DNA from: Thermodesulfobacteriota bacterium | GTDB taxonomy: Bacteria; Desulfobacterota_D; UBA1144; Nemesobacterales; Mycalebacteriaceae | DNA: 64,000 bases | NCBI GenBank assembly: GCA_965205855.1 | Contig: OZ242184.1 | Span: 886,570-950,569 of the forward strand | Direction: 5' to 3' | Shown here: positions 43,548 through 52,256 of the stretch, in pieces | How positions within the stretch are numbered: the first letter of the stretch is position 1 | Layout of the letters: the number at the start of each line of letters is the position of its first letter | The notes under the pieces: generated by a model | Told to the model about the DNA's origin: nothing | Databases searched by the model: none | The model's input: only the letters and a program-made list of their open reading frames with translations | Made by a program: the position numbers and the translations under genes

Positions 43548-46090
43548 TACTGTTTGTTGATAACACCGTTTATATCGTCCCGCCAGCTGTCTTCAAACAT
43601 CATCCTGAAAGTAGCGGGCGTCTTATTGATGGCCATTTCGCCTCTGTCAAGGGCGATCCTGTATGTTTTTTCAAGCGTGTCGAGCAATTTTTTCTTGTAA
43701 CTCGTATCTTCGCTGCCTTTCAGGTGGATGCCCTTTGTTTCCAGAATTAGCAGTTTTCCGTTATCTTTTCGGCAGGCCACAAAATCGGGATACACGCGCT
43801 GGCGTCGCCAGCCTTGCAGATAGTACGCTTGTCTTGCAGCTATTCTGTGCCACCAGTAGATGGCGTTGCTCTTATCCAGATAAAGCGCAAAATCCCGCTC
43901 CAGACCGTTAAAACTACTTTCATAAACAGGTTCAAAAAGGTTTTGCTGTATAGGTCTGCCATGTTCGCTCTGTAATGATCTTTCTTGACTGGAAACAAAA
44001 ACCTCGAACGACTTGCTCAATTCGTAGTCCAGTCGCTGGTCGGTCTCAAGGTGAAACCGAATCACATTCCGCCCAACCTTTTCCCGAAACACCGCTTCGG
44101 CCTCGTCGTCTATGGCCTTGTTCACGCGGCGGCTCAATTCTTCGGAAAGGTAAATTCGGTTATTCAACAATTTGCTTTCATCGTGTTTCCTGTTTTTATG
44201 TGTTTGAATAAACCCCTCCGCCATGCGCGCCGCCTGCCACGGATTGGGCACCTTGTCCACAAGCCGCCGAACAAAATAATCCACGCTCAGCCGCTTTTCG
44301 CTGTCAGGGATTTGTTCCGAAGCCTTAACCTGCCCTTGAATGTCCACCGTGGTTTTGATCTCCTGAGTGATGTCTCTATCATCCAGATTCACCGCTGCGC
44401 CCGCGTCAATGGTGTCCCAATCAATCGCGCTTAATATATCGCGGTCGTAATCAATGGGGCGCCAGGTGCGCCCCGCTTTGTGTAACACCTGCGGGAGAAA
44501 AATTTTCAATGGCCGGTATTTACCACGACGTTTGACGGTGGTCGGTTTCGGTGCATCGCCCTCGCCATGCCCGTGAACAAAATCGCCAAGCCCGGTCAGC
44601 CCTTCATTCTCCAGGCCGGCCTTCACGCCTTTGATCGCCTTGCCTACGACCTGATTATAGCAATAGATATAACACTGGTTCAGCGCATCGCCTTGTGCGA
44701 TTCTGCGTGCATGGGGTTGCCGCATCACCCGACCGACCATTTGCGTGATGGCGGTGGTTGCGGTGGTGTTATCCAGCAAGGCAAGCAGATATGCAAACGA
44801 GCAATCCCAGCCTTCTTTCAGCGCGTCTTTGGTGATAATCCAGCGCACCTCGCTTGTCTCGCTCAACAAATCCTCACCCGCAAGTTCCTTGCGTTCCGAT
44901 GATTGAATCCTGATGTGATTCTCCGGCACAGCAAGATTTTGTATCAGGTATTCGCGCGCATCCTCCGAATGAATTTTTCCTTGCCCTCTTTGTTTTGCGC
45001 CCGTTCTTTCCACCCTGACCAAAGCGATGGGTCGGATATGGCGGTTTTCCTGTTCCTGTAATTTTTGCGCCGCACTTTCAAGCTCATCCAGTTTTTCCTG
45101 TGTTTTGGCAAGCGTGTGTTCCCAGTCGGAATTGCTGAAACTGTGAATCTCTATCGGCAGTTTGATCATCTCCTCGTCCTGGAGGTCGCGGCCCGATGTG
45201 TTGACCAGGATATTGCTGATGCCGATTTTCGGCGTGGCGGACAGTTCAAGCACAAAACGGGGGTTGAGCCGGTTGACGGATTTGACAAACTCCTGGTTGT
45301 TTTGATTATTCGGTCCATATGCTTTATGCGCTTCGTCCAAAATCACCGTGGGACGAATCAGTTTCAGCACATTGATCAGGCTTTGCTTAACCCAGTCGCC
45401 GGGTGCATTTTTCTCCAGGTCGGGATGGTGTTCCGAAAGCGTTGCATTGGCCGCCGCGTCATCCTGCTCGGGAAAAAACGACATATACCCGCTGCTGTCG
45501 CGGAATATTTTGAGAAACTCCCTGTTCTTTTGCCGGTTGGCGGAGGGTAGCATCAGCAGCATAATGCAAAGATAGTTTTCGGTATCCTGTCGGGTAAAGC
45601 GGTCGGTTTTTTGCAACAATTTGACCCTGCCGCCAGACATATGTTCGAGCATCTGCCGGTAGGTATGTTCGCGGGTGTGGAACGCCTGGCGGGTCTGCTC
45701 GTAGATCGCCCGGGTCGGCACAATCCACAACACAAAGCCGGTATCCCGCTTGATCCGCTCAAGCGTGGCCACGCCCAACAGCGTCTTGCCGCCGCCGGTC
45801 GGCACCTTCAGGCAAACATGCGGGATGGGTTCGCCGGATGCCGCAGTGCGGGAAATGTAGCCGGGAACTGCCATGTCACCGTCTTGGGAAATGCCGGGGA
45901 GGATATTTTGATCTTTCAGCGCCTTCCAAGCTAAGAGGGGATAGTTTTGCAGTTCTTCAGGAATATCAATCCCCGACTCTTCAAGAGCTTTGCCCGCCTT
46001 TTCACTAGTCAGCCGCGCTTCCTTGAGCGCGTCCAGCCAGCGGTCTAACTGTTCAAGAGCTTGTTGCTGATAGTTTTTCAGGGAGAGCAT
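43547..46090 (-). CDS. res: Type III restriction enzyme Res subunit (SF2 helicase plus C-terminal PD-(D/E)xK nuclease)
   Basis: Walker [13 protein letters not shown] box [11 protein letters not shown] (LSATP), motif [12 protein letters not shown]-terminal VYPDF...LILETKG nuclease core. Start set at the internal ATG ([10 protein letters not shown], 46090) abutting the upstream ORF. The ORF track extends to 46225. Confidence 0.8.
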   Translation of the reverse strand: MLSLKNYQQQALEQLDRWLDALKEARLTSEKAGKALEESGIDIPEELQNYPLLAWKALKDQNILPGISQDGDMAVPGYISRTAASGEPIPHVCLKVPTGGGKTLLGVATLERIKRDTGFVLWIVPTRAIYEQTRQAFHTREHTYRQMLEHMSGGRVKLLQKTDRFTRQDTENYLCIMLLMLPSANRQKNREFLKIFRDSSGYMSFFPEQDDAAANATLSEHHPDLEKNAPGDWVKQSLINVLKLIRPTVILDEAHKAYGPNNQNNQEFVKSVNRLNPRFVLELSATPKIGISNILVNTSGRDLQDEEMIKLPIEIHSFSNSDWEHTLAKTQEKLDELESAAQKLQEQENRHIRPIALVRVERTGAKQRGQGKIHSEDAREYLIQNLAVPENHIRIQSSERKELAGEDLLSETSEVRWIITKDALKEGWDCSFAYLLALLDNTTATTAITQMVGRVMRQPHARRIAQGDALNQCYIYCYNQVVGKAIKGVKAGLENEGLTGLGDFVHGHGEGDAPKPTTVKRRGKYRPLKIFLPQVLHKAGRTWRPIDYDRDILSAIDWDTIDAGAAVNLDDRDITQEIKTTVDIQGQVKASEQIPDSEKRLSVDYFVRRLVDKVPNPWQAARMAEGFIQTHKNRKHDESKLLNNRIYLSEELSRRVNKAIDDEAEAVFREKVGRNVIRFHLETDQRLDYELSKSFEVFVSSQERSLQSEHGRPIQQNLFEPVYESSFNGLERDFALYLDKSNAIYWWHRIAARQAYYLQGWRRQRVYPDFVACRKDNGKLLILETKGIHLKGSEDTSYKKKLLDTLEKTYRIALDRGEMAINKTPATFRMMFEDSWRDDINGVINKQ

Positions 46091-46091
46091 A

Positions 46092-46649
46092 TCACGGATT
46101 TTTTGAGTCAGTACTGTCTGAATTATTTGGCAAATTGATGATTTCAACAGGCACATTCCTTTTACCAACTGCAAGACCGACAGCGTAGTTACGGATAATA
46201 GTTTGATCCATTTCCATATCCGCATAGCCTTGTGGATAGTACGAACCCCTTAGAATTTCCATCTGTTCTACCTTAAAATCTAGCACCTTGGCCATTGAGC
46301 TAAGCATCTCCGTGAGCAATTCCATTTGCTCCTTGCCGAGTCGTTCATAGTGCGAACGAGAATCATTTTCTTCGTTAGGCCTCTTAGCATGCGTTTCACC
46401 ATAATGCTTGCGGAGTGCTGCCCATTTTTCTATAACTTCTTTATGCTTAACAAATTCTATCTCAACCAGATTAATGGCTCCGACATAATCAGGTGATAAA
46501 CGCGCATTTCGTGTACGCATTAACGTCTTGAATATATCCATTTTTCGCGCCTTTTGTTCGCGCCATCTGTCAAGAAGACCGTTAACCCAGACAGCTGCGC
46601 AAGGACCGATTAAGATGGCTGCAATGGTGATGATAGAATATGAATTCAT
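46092..46649 (-). CDS. hypothetical membrane-anchored protein (single N-terminal TM), embedded between mod and res
   Basis: ATG start, N-terminal hydrophobic helix IITIAAILIGPCAAVWV, then a charged helical region. 2-nt gap to the mod stop and 1-nt gap to the res start. Visibly AT-richer than its neighbours. Confidence 0.55.
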   Translation of the reverse strand: MNSYSIITIAAILIGPCAAVWVNGLLDRWREQKARKMDIFKTLMRTRNARLSPDYVGAINLVEIEFVKHKEVIEKWAALRKHYGETHAKRPNEENDSRSHYERLGKEQMELLTEMLSSMAKVLDFKVEQMEILRGSYYPQGYADMEMDQTIIRNYAVGLAVGKRNVPVEIINLPNNSDSTDSKNP

Positions 46650-46651
46650 GT

Positions 46652-48291
46652 TTATCTTATACCCTCATATGGTAATTGGGCAAAAGTTATCCCCATCTCG
46701 GTTAATGCTTTTTGTCCCATGAATTTGTGAGTGGCGAACACCACCGCGGTTTTCTTTTTTGCCTTGGCCTGTTTGGCGATGCGTTCGGCGCGGGTGCTGT
46801 TCAAAGCGGAATCCGCACTGCGCAGAAAATCAAGGTTCGGCTCGTAGATCAGGTAAAACATTTTGTCACCTGCTTCATAAAATAAACCGTCTTTGCCACG
46901 CCTTGTTTTCGGGTTGAGTTTATGCGGCGATTGTCCGCTTGCGGTATAGATCAGATGGCGGGCAAAGGTTTCATAGCCCGGCAGGTTCCTGCCGGTGAGC
47001 ATTTTTTCAATGCTGATTTCATCGCCCAGTGTGCAATAGGCAAAACTGCCGCCCAGTCCGTTTTTTAGGTTCTCATCCTTTGCTTTTGGTATGCCCTTTA
47101 TCACACGGCGAACGCGCTCGGCGGTGATTTTGTCGGCGTAGTCTTCGCATTCCACCAAGATAAATTTGCGGTTGCCGCCGTCTTCCTTGTTCAGCGCAAG
47201 CACGGCGTGGGCAGTGGTGCCGGAACCGGCGAAGGAGTCGAGGATAATGGCGTTTTTTGTCGTTGCCAGTTGTAAAATCTTTTTCACAAGGGAAATTGGT
47301 TTGGGGTTTTGGAACTGATTAGAACCAAACACCGTCCTCAACTCGATTGTGCCGTTGGTTGTTGTACCTACATCATCCCACCAAGTGCTAGGCGTTAACC
47401 CCCTTCGGCGTGCCTCTGACAAAAAACGTTTGCGCTGAGGTCTGGAACTATTTCTCTTTCCGAATACGATTCTATTGTCTGCAAGAAGCTCCTCAAATTT
47501 GTTCAAATCGTTTTTCCAGCAATTACCTTCAGTGGGGTAAAATATTTCTTTTGTTTTAGGGTTTCTTATCGGATACATCTGATTAGGTCGAACCCCACCA
47601 GCCTCAAATGGATCCGCCTTCCATGGGCCTCTCGGATCATTATCAGGATTTTTGAATCCTTCTAAAATGGCAGGAAGTTTGAAATCTTTTCTAATGGTTT
47701 TTAATACATTCAGTTGTTTAGCATAAGCTATATTATGAGTGTGTGATATTGATACTAATGCAGGATTTGTAATTGATTTTGTGCTATGCCACACAAAATC
47801 TGCAACAAAATTCTCCTCCCCAAAAATCTCATCCATGACCATCCGCAGGCGGTGCTGTTCATTGTCGTCGATGGAAATAAAAATTACGCCATCTTCGGCC
47901 AGCAATTCTCTTAACAACTGCAATCTTGGCCACATCATGCACAGCCATTTGTCGTGCCGCTCCAGGTCTTCGCCATCCACCGGACTTTTGCCTTTCAGCC
48001 ACGCCTTCATCATCGGGCTGTTGACATTGTCGTTATAGACCCATTTCTCATTGCCGGTGTTGTAGGGCGGGTCGATGTAAATGCAGTTGACGCGGCTGGC
48101 ATAGCGCGGCAGCAACGCCTTGAGCGCGTGCAGATTGTCGCCGTGGATAATCAGATTGTCATCAAGGGAAGGGTTACCCCCCCATTTTTCGCTGAAAGAG
48201 ATTTTTTAGTGTCTATCTCAAGTGTCCTGGACGGAACAGTCAGGTGGTGCGCATAAATGAGTTGCTTCCCTTTGAAATCAATTGTCGGCAT
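46652..48291 (-). pseudogene. mod: Type III R-M Mod subunit (beta-class N6-adenine/N4-cytosine DNA methyltransferase), frameshifted at a G7 homopolymer (phase-OFF or sequencing slip)
   Basis: The in-frame body 46652..48115 carries DPPY (motif IV, CIYIDPPYN) and FAGSGTT (motif I). Upstream in the same frame there is NLIIHGDNLHALKALL but no start, and a stop codon follows. An ATG at 48291 opens frame +1 (MPTIDFKGKQLIYAHH..) and ends 47 codons later. The two frames join if the G7 tract at 48177..48183 is 8 G. Confidence 0.75.
48177..48183 (-). repeat. poly-G7 (C7 on the plus strand) simple sequence repeat inside the mod 5' region
   Basis: gggttaccccccca on the plus strand. Homopolymer tracts at the 5' end of Type III mod genes are the classic phase-variation switch. 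Confidence 0.8.
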
Positions 48292-48448
48292 TGAAAACCC
48301 CGTAAATCAGTTTGATATTGGCTTTGAAGATACCCGATTTACTCCCCCAACCTAAACCCCTCAACCTCCCGATGCACCGCCCCTTCCCGTCTCAATTCAC
48401 TCTCCATCAAACAAACTCTTTCAGAAGCAAAACCAAGTTCAAACTGCG
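48285..48448 (+). repeat. direct repeat A: copy of the thpR 3' end (last 36 codons, 48339..48448 on the minus strand) plus about 54 bp downstream. Identical to repeat B
   Basis: 164 bp identical by eye to 51106..51269. The minus strand encodes ..LPQFELGFASERVCLMESELRREGAVHREVEGFRLGE*, compared with native ThpR ..LPQFKLEFVSDRVCLMESELRREGAVHREVEGFRLGE*. The mod ATG lies inside this repeat. Confidence 0.8.
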
Positions 48449-48830
48449 CCCGCGGTGACATGGAGAACCGGATCAAGGATCAGCAGTTGGATTTGTTTGC
48501 GGATCGCACCTCTTGTCACCGCTGGTGGCCCAACCAGTGCCGGCAGTTGCTGTCAGGGTTGGCTTACACGTTGATTGAGGGATTGCGGCGCCTTGCACTA
48601 CAGGGCACCGAACTGGCCAAAGCCAGTCCTCACAGGATCAGGCTGACACTGCTTAAAATCGGTGCCGTGATCATCCGCAACACGCGCCGCATCCGCCTAC
48701 TGATGAGCAGTGCTTATCCCCATCAGGCGTTGTTCCGCACGGCAGCCTATCGGCTCAACTCCCCATAAACCCAACCCAGTGCTGCCCCGGCATGTTGATA
48801 AACAATGGGGGTAGGGGGAGTTGCGCCCGA
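48449..48830 (+). mobile_element. IS1380-family-like insertion sequence remnant (3' end only). The right boundary is approximate
   Basis: Begins abruptly at the repeat A junction and encodes only the C-terminal 100 aa of a DDE transposase. Downstream GGGGTAGGGGGAGTTGCGC could be a terminal inverted repeat. Confidence 0.5.
48460..48768 (+). pseudogene. transposase C-terminal fragment (IS1380/IS4-like)
   Basis: ENRIKDQQLDLFADRTSCHRWWPNQCRQLLSGLAYTL resembles the conserved C-terminal block of IS1380-family transposases (ENRIKE..L..ADRLSCH..ANQ.RL). The N-terminal roughly 350 aa are absent. Confidence 0.6.
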
Positions 48831-48959
48831 AATCTGTGAACAACGAAAGAATTGATCAAAGAACAGGCAACTGCATCATATGATGCATCGACAGGGATGG
48901 CGCTACCGAAAAATCGACCACCACCGCTTCACTCATGAAATATCCGGGATAGTCTCGCT

Positions 48960-50099
48960 TTATTTTCGGATGAGAAACAGAAATTCTTTATTCGGATCGC
49001 TGGATTCCCGCAACCACTCATTTGTCCATTTCATGGCGGCCATCACATTTTTTTTATACTCAATTTTTGCGCTATCCACAATTTCTCCGTTACGCGTTAT
49101 CACCTCGTTTAATTCCTCCGCGGTTGCTCGTCCACCGGAACTGTAAGAGAGCAAGATCCATCGGCAAGGAGTTTCCTTCAGCAAACGCTCTATGGCTTCC
49201 ACCACAACCAATCGTCCTGATTTGCTTCTACGAAATTCCTCGAACACTGAAGTCGCCACTTTATCGGATGTGTCTTTTCTGCGGAGGGACTTGCCAAATA
49301 GCACGGGATGATCATTTTTACATATGGTCGTCCACAAATGATAATATGAAGCGTACCGAACCCTTGAAGGTGGCATTTTTTCATTGTTTGACCCATACGG
49401 AGGATCAAAATAAGCAAGATCGGCGTCCGCTTCGGGAAGTACCTTAAAAACATCACCACACAGCACCGTGTTTTCGATTTCATTTTTCCACAACCGTGGC
49501 ACTTTCAATTGTAAATTTTTGAATGAACGCGGCGACCAATCTTTTAAATAAGAAACAAAATGACCAAGAGTACTGTCTATCTCATTCAACCCTAAAATCA
49601 GGCTTGTCAATGCCACACTTTTGGAAACGTCATCCAGCATCAAGGCATCGATCTCTCTCCTGATTGCATCAAGTTTTCTTGTATTTTTTTTCTGCCAAGG
49701 CTTTTTGGTTCCATCCTTCTGAATAGCATTATGGCAAGTTCCAGAGCGAACATCACCACCGTAATTCTCAGTAAACCATCCGTCTTCCGGAGGAAGCGAA
49801 TTTAAATGATCAATAAGAGGTTGGTATATTTTCGGGTTTTTTAAGTTTTTCAAATAGCACGTGGCAAAAATTCTTGACCATTCGGAAATATCATTTGATA
49901 CCACGCGATATCCTGCTTGTGCAAAAGATTGACTTACTCTGGTGGAGCCTGAAAAACCGTCAAAAATGCTTTTTGCTCCGGTCTGTTTTGACAGATTAAA
50001 AATATGTGGAAGCAGTTTCAGTTTTGAGCCTGCGTAATTGATGCCTTCGGTTTTTGGAACATCAATCCAATCACGAAAAATTTGAACTTGCCCTTGCAT
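48960..50099 (-). CDS. Dam-family (D12 class, alpha-type) N6-adenine DNA methyltransferase
   Basis: NYAGSKLKLLP (compare Dam WAGGK), FDGFSGS (motif I) and YFDPPYG (motif IV) in the alpha-class order. Has a C-terminal extension of about 100 aa. AT-rich. Confidence 0.8.
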   Translation of the reverse strand: MQGQVQIFRDWIDVPKTEGINYAGSKLKLLPHIFNLSKQTGAKSIFDGFSGSTRVSQSFAQAGYRVVSNDISEWSRIFATCYLKNLKNPKIYQPLIDHLNSLPPEDGWFTENYGGDVRSGTCHNAIQKDGTKKPWQKKNTRKLDAIRREIDALMLDDVSKSVALTSLILGLNEIDSTLGHFVSYLKDWSPRSFKNLQLKVPRLWKNEIENTVLCGDVFKVLPEADADLAYFDPPYGSNNEKMPPSRVRYASYYHLWTTICKNDHPVLFGKSLRRKDTSDKVATSVFEEFRRSKSGRLVVVEAIERLLKETPCRWILLSYSSGGRATAEELNEVITRNGEIVDSAKIEYKKNVMAAMKWTNEWLRESSDPNKEFLFLIRK

Positions 50100-50776
50100 T
50101 ATGTAACTTTAAAGCGGGAAGCCTGCTTGAGTCTAACAATATCATCTTTCACTTTTGCAAGAGCCTCATTCTGGCCGAAATCAGAAGAAACAAGCGCGTG
50201 AGAAAATAGTTGGACCAAGATAGGATTGTGAGAATAATCAACCCATCCATTGGTTATGCTATCAAAATAGTTTAAACCACTTTTTGTATGAGTCCAAAGC
50301 CCTCGCTGGAGGGCATTGGCGGTTGCGCTTCCATAACGCACCTCGCAAATATAAGAATCGCTTGCATCGTAGAAACGATATACTGGGTGCTTTCTACCTT
50401 TCTTTTTTGTTTCTTTTACTATTTTCACCGTTTCAGTTTCAGCGCGGTGGTAATCGAAGACAAGAATATTACACTGTCGATTTTTTTCGTCATAAATTAA
50501 TGGCAAAACATTTACATTGTAAAAATCCGAGAAAGCGGGGTCGGCAAGCACTCGTTGTACATTTTTCTTGCCCACTATTTCATCCCCCTCTTGTGCCAAT
50601 CTCGGAAACATTTTGAAATTCTTGTCGGTTGAAAGTTGAAGGGGACCATCACCATACGCTTTGATGCTAACAGGAAATTCAGCTTCGGTTACTTCATTTA
50701 TTATTTTGATGTCTTCTTCCCGAGATTTGGCTCTGTATAAATCTTTGCCAACATGGATCGAGCGAAAATCATACAT
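50099..50776 (-). CDS. hypothetical protein. Putative Type II restriction endonuclease partner of the Dam-like methyltransferase (by context only)
   Basis: Co-oriented with the methyltransferase gene, start-stop overlapping it. AT-rich. No motif I can name from sequence. Confidence 0.4.
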   Translation of the reverse strand: MYDFRSIHVGKDLYRAKSREEDIKIINEVTEAEFPVSIKAYGDGPLQLSTDKNFKMFPRLAQEGDEIVGKKNVQRVLADPAFSDFYNVNVLPLIYDEKNRQCNILVFDYHRAETETVKIVKETKKKGRKHPVYRFYDASDSYICEVRYGSATANALQRGLWTHTKSGLNYFDSITNGWVDYSHNPILVQLFSHALVSSDFGQNEALAKVKDDIVRLKQASRFKVT

Positions 50777-50777
50777 A

Positions 50778-50987
50778 CTACTGGTTGATAAATTCGGCTA
50801 TGGCGATTTCTGCCAAATCTCCATGTGTTTTATTTCCAATGAGGCGCATGGTGAAAATGTTGCTCAATGTCAAGATTATTAAATCCGGGCGTTTACTCGC
50901 AAGAAGCTTCAATCTCGAGATGAAATCTTTATATGGATCATTTTTCATGTTTTTCGTTTGATGCCTCTGTTTTGGTATTTTTATCAA
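50778..50987 (-). CDS. small ORF (TTG start). It may be the N-terminal part of the downstream endonuclease gene split by a frameshift, or a separate small gene
   Basis: Its stop lies 1 nt from the ATG of the 225-aa ORF, in another frame. Combined length would be about 294 aa. Confidence 0.25.
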   Translation of the reverse strand: MIKIPKQRHQTKNMKNDPYKDFISRLKLLASKRPDLIILTLSNIFTMRLIGNKTHGDLAEIAIAEFINQ

Positions 50988-51105
50988 CCTTCATTTTTCA
51001 GATCGTCGCATGAGCTTGGGTTGAGATGATTCGGTAGCGTCATCGAGAATTCATGTGTATCAATTGCTGTTCAAGTTTAACCCGTTTTGCCTGTAAATCA
51101 CCCAA

Positions 51106-51269
51106 TCGGCATTGAAAACCCCGTAAATCAGTTTGATATTGGCTTTGAAGATACCCGATTTACTCCCCCAACCTAAACCCCTCAACCTCCCGATGCACCG
51201 CCCCTTCCCGTCTCAATTCACTCTCCATCAAACAAACTCTTTCAGAAGCAAAACCAAGTTCAAACTGCG
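51106..51269 (+). repeat. direct repeat B: identical to repeat A
   Basis: 164/164 identity with 48285..48448 on visual alignment. Continues on the high-coordinate side into more thpR-homologous sequence. Confidence 0.8.
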
Positions 51270-51338
51270 GCAATTCGGGTAGCTTCATCCTTTTTTTTAT
51301 CCACCCTATCGTAACGTGCGACATAAAATCCCGTTATT
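51160..51338 (-). pseudogene. thpR 3' fragment (last 57 codons), diverged copy
   Basis: Encodes RDFMSHVTIGWIKKRMKLPELPQFELGFASERVCLMESELRREGAVHREVEGFRLGE*, compared with native RDFIPHITIGRIRKRIKLPELPQFKLEFVSDRVCLMESELRREGAVHREVEGFRLGE*. There is a stop codon immediately upstream in frame. Confidence 0.75.
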
Positions 51339-51461
51339 GTAGGCTGCTGTTATGTGTAACGGAGTTTCATATGAAAATTCTCTGCTATGAGCAATTGTGG
51401 TCACTGGGATTCTCACAATTGCTGGTTGTGCGAGCCAGCCAGATTTGACAATGACTCAGTA

Positions 51462-51872
51462 TTAGTGCTCGCCCTCTTGATTAATTTGTTTCCACAAACT
51501 GCCGATAGCAAGTAGTGCTGGAATAATAAGTAGCACCACTACAATTGGCACACTTGATTTAATTACCTCTACATTTAATGCATATACGGTAATAACATCG
51601 GATATGTCCGTCAATAATCTGACAATTAATATCGCTAAAAGTGCTTTATGAGACTTAAGGAATAAAGCAACTATTATCCCTATAACTACCATTACATTTC
51701 TTGTAATGTAAAGTTGTGTAACATAATTCAATTCGGAAACCTCTGGTATGAAACCACTTGGGTTCATGGCCGTACCAGCTGAGAAGAAAAGCACTAAAGA
51801 TATTTGTATTAGAACAATGACCCATACCCAAATAGGTAAGAATCCATTGGTTTGACCATTTTTGTAATTCAT
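51462..51872 (-). CDS. hypothetical 4-TM membrane protein
   Basis: Four hydrophobic helices and an ATG start. AT-rich. Lies between repeat B and native thpR. Confidence 0.55.
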   Translation of the reverse strand: MNYKNGQTNGFLPIWVWVIVLIQISLVLFFSAGTAMNPSGFIPEVSELNYVTQLYITRNVMVVIGIIVALFLKSHKALLAILIVRLLTDISDVITVYALNVEVIKSSVPIVVVLLIIPALLAIGSLWKQINQEGEH

Positions 51873-52050
51873 ATTTGCAACCTCTTATTTTTACCTAATT
51901 ATCACTTAAACTAAGCAGAGTTTCAAGATATTTTCCGGCATCGGCGGCGTTTTGAGCGCTGCATAAGCAAGTCTCGGTATTAACTCGCACAAATCAAAGC
52001 GACGATTGAAACGATACTGAAATTCTGACAAATAACGCTGTGCGTATTTT

Positions 52051-52256
52051 TCAGTTTGATATTGGCTTTGAAAATACCCGATTTACTCCCCCAACCTAAA
52101 ACCCTCAACCTCCCGATGCACCGCCCCTTCTCGTCTCAATTCACTCTCCATCAAACAAACCCTGTCAGAAACAAACTCAAGTTTAAACTGCGGCAATTCG
52201 GGCAGTTTTATCCTTTTTCTTATCCGCCCTATCGTAATGTGTGGTATAAAATCCCG
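52051..52256 (+). repeat. native copy (C) of the repeated thpR 3' terminus plus downstream flank
   Basis: About 85-90 percent identical to the B fragment over about 200 bp. Homology ends at cagtttgatattggc, 32 bp past the stop. Confidence 0.7.

Noticed and set aside
46652-48115. Treating mod as an intact gene starting at the TTG given in the ORF track
   Set aside because: The same frame continues upstream through the conserved NLIIHGDNLHALKALL methyltransferase block with no start codon before a stop. A proper ATG and N-terminus exist in the +1 frame and are reconnected by one extra G, so a frameshift is the better explanation.
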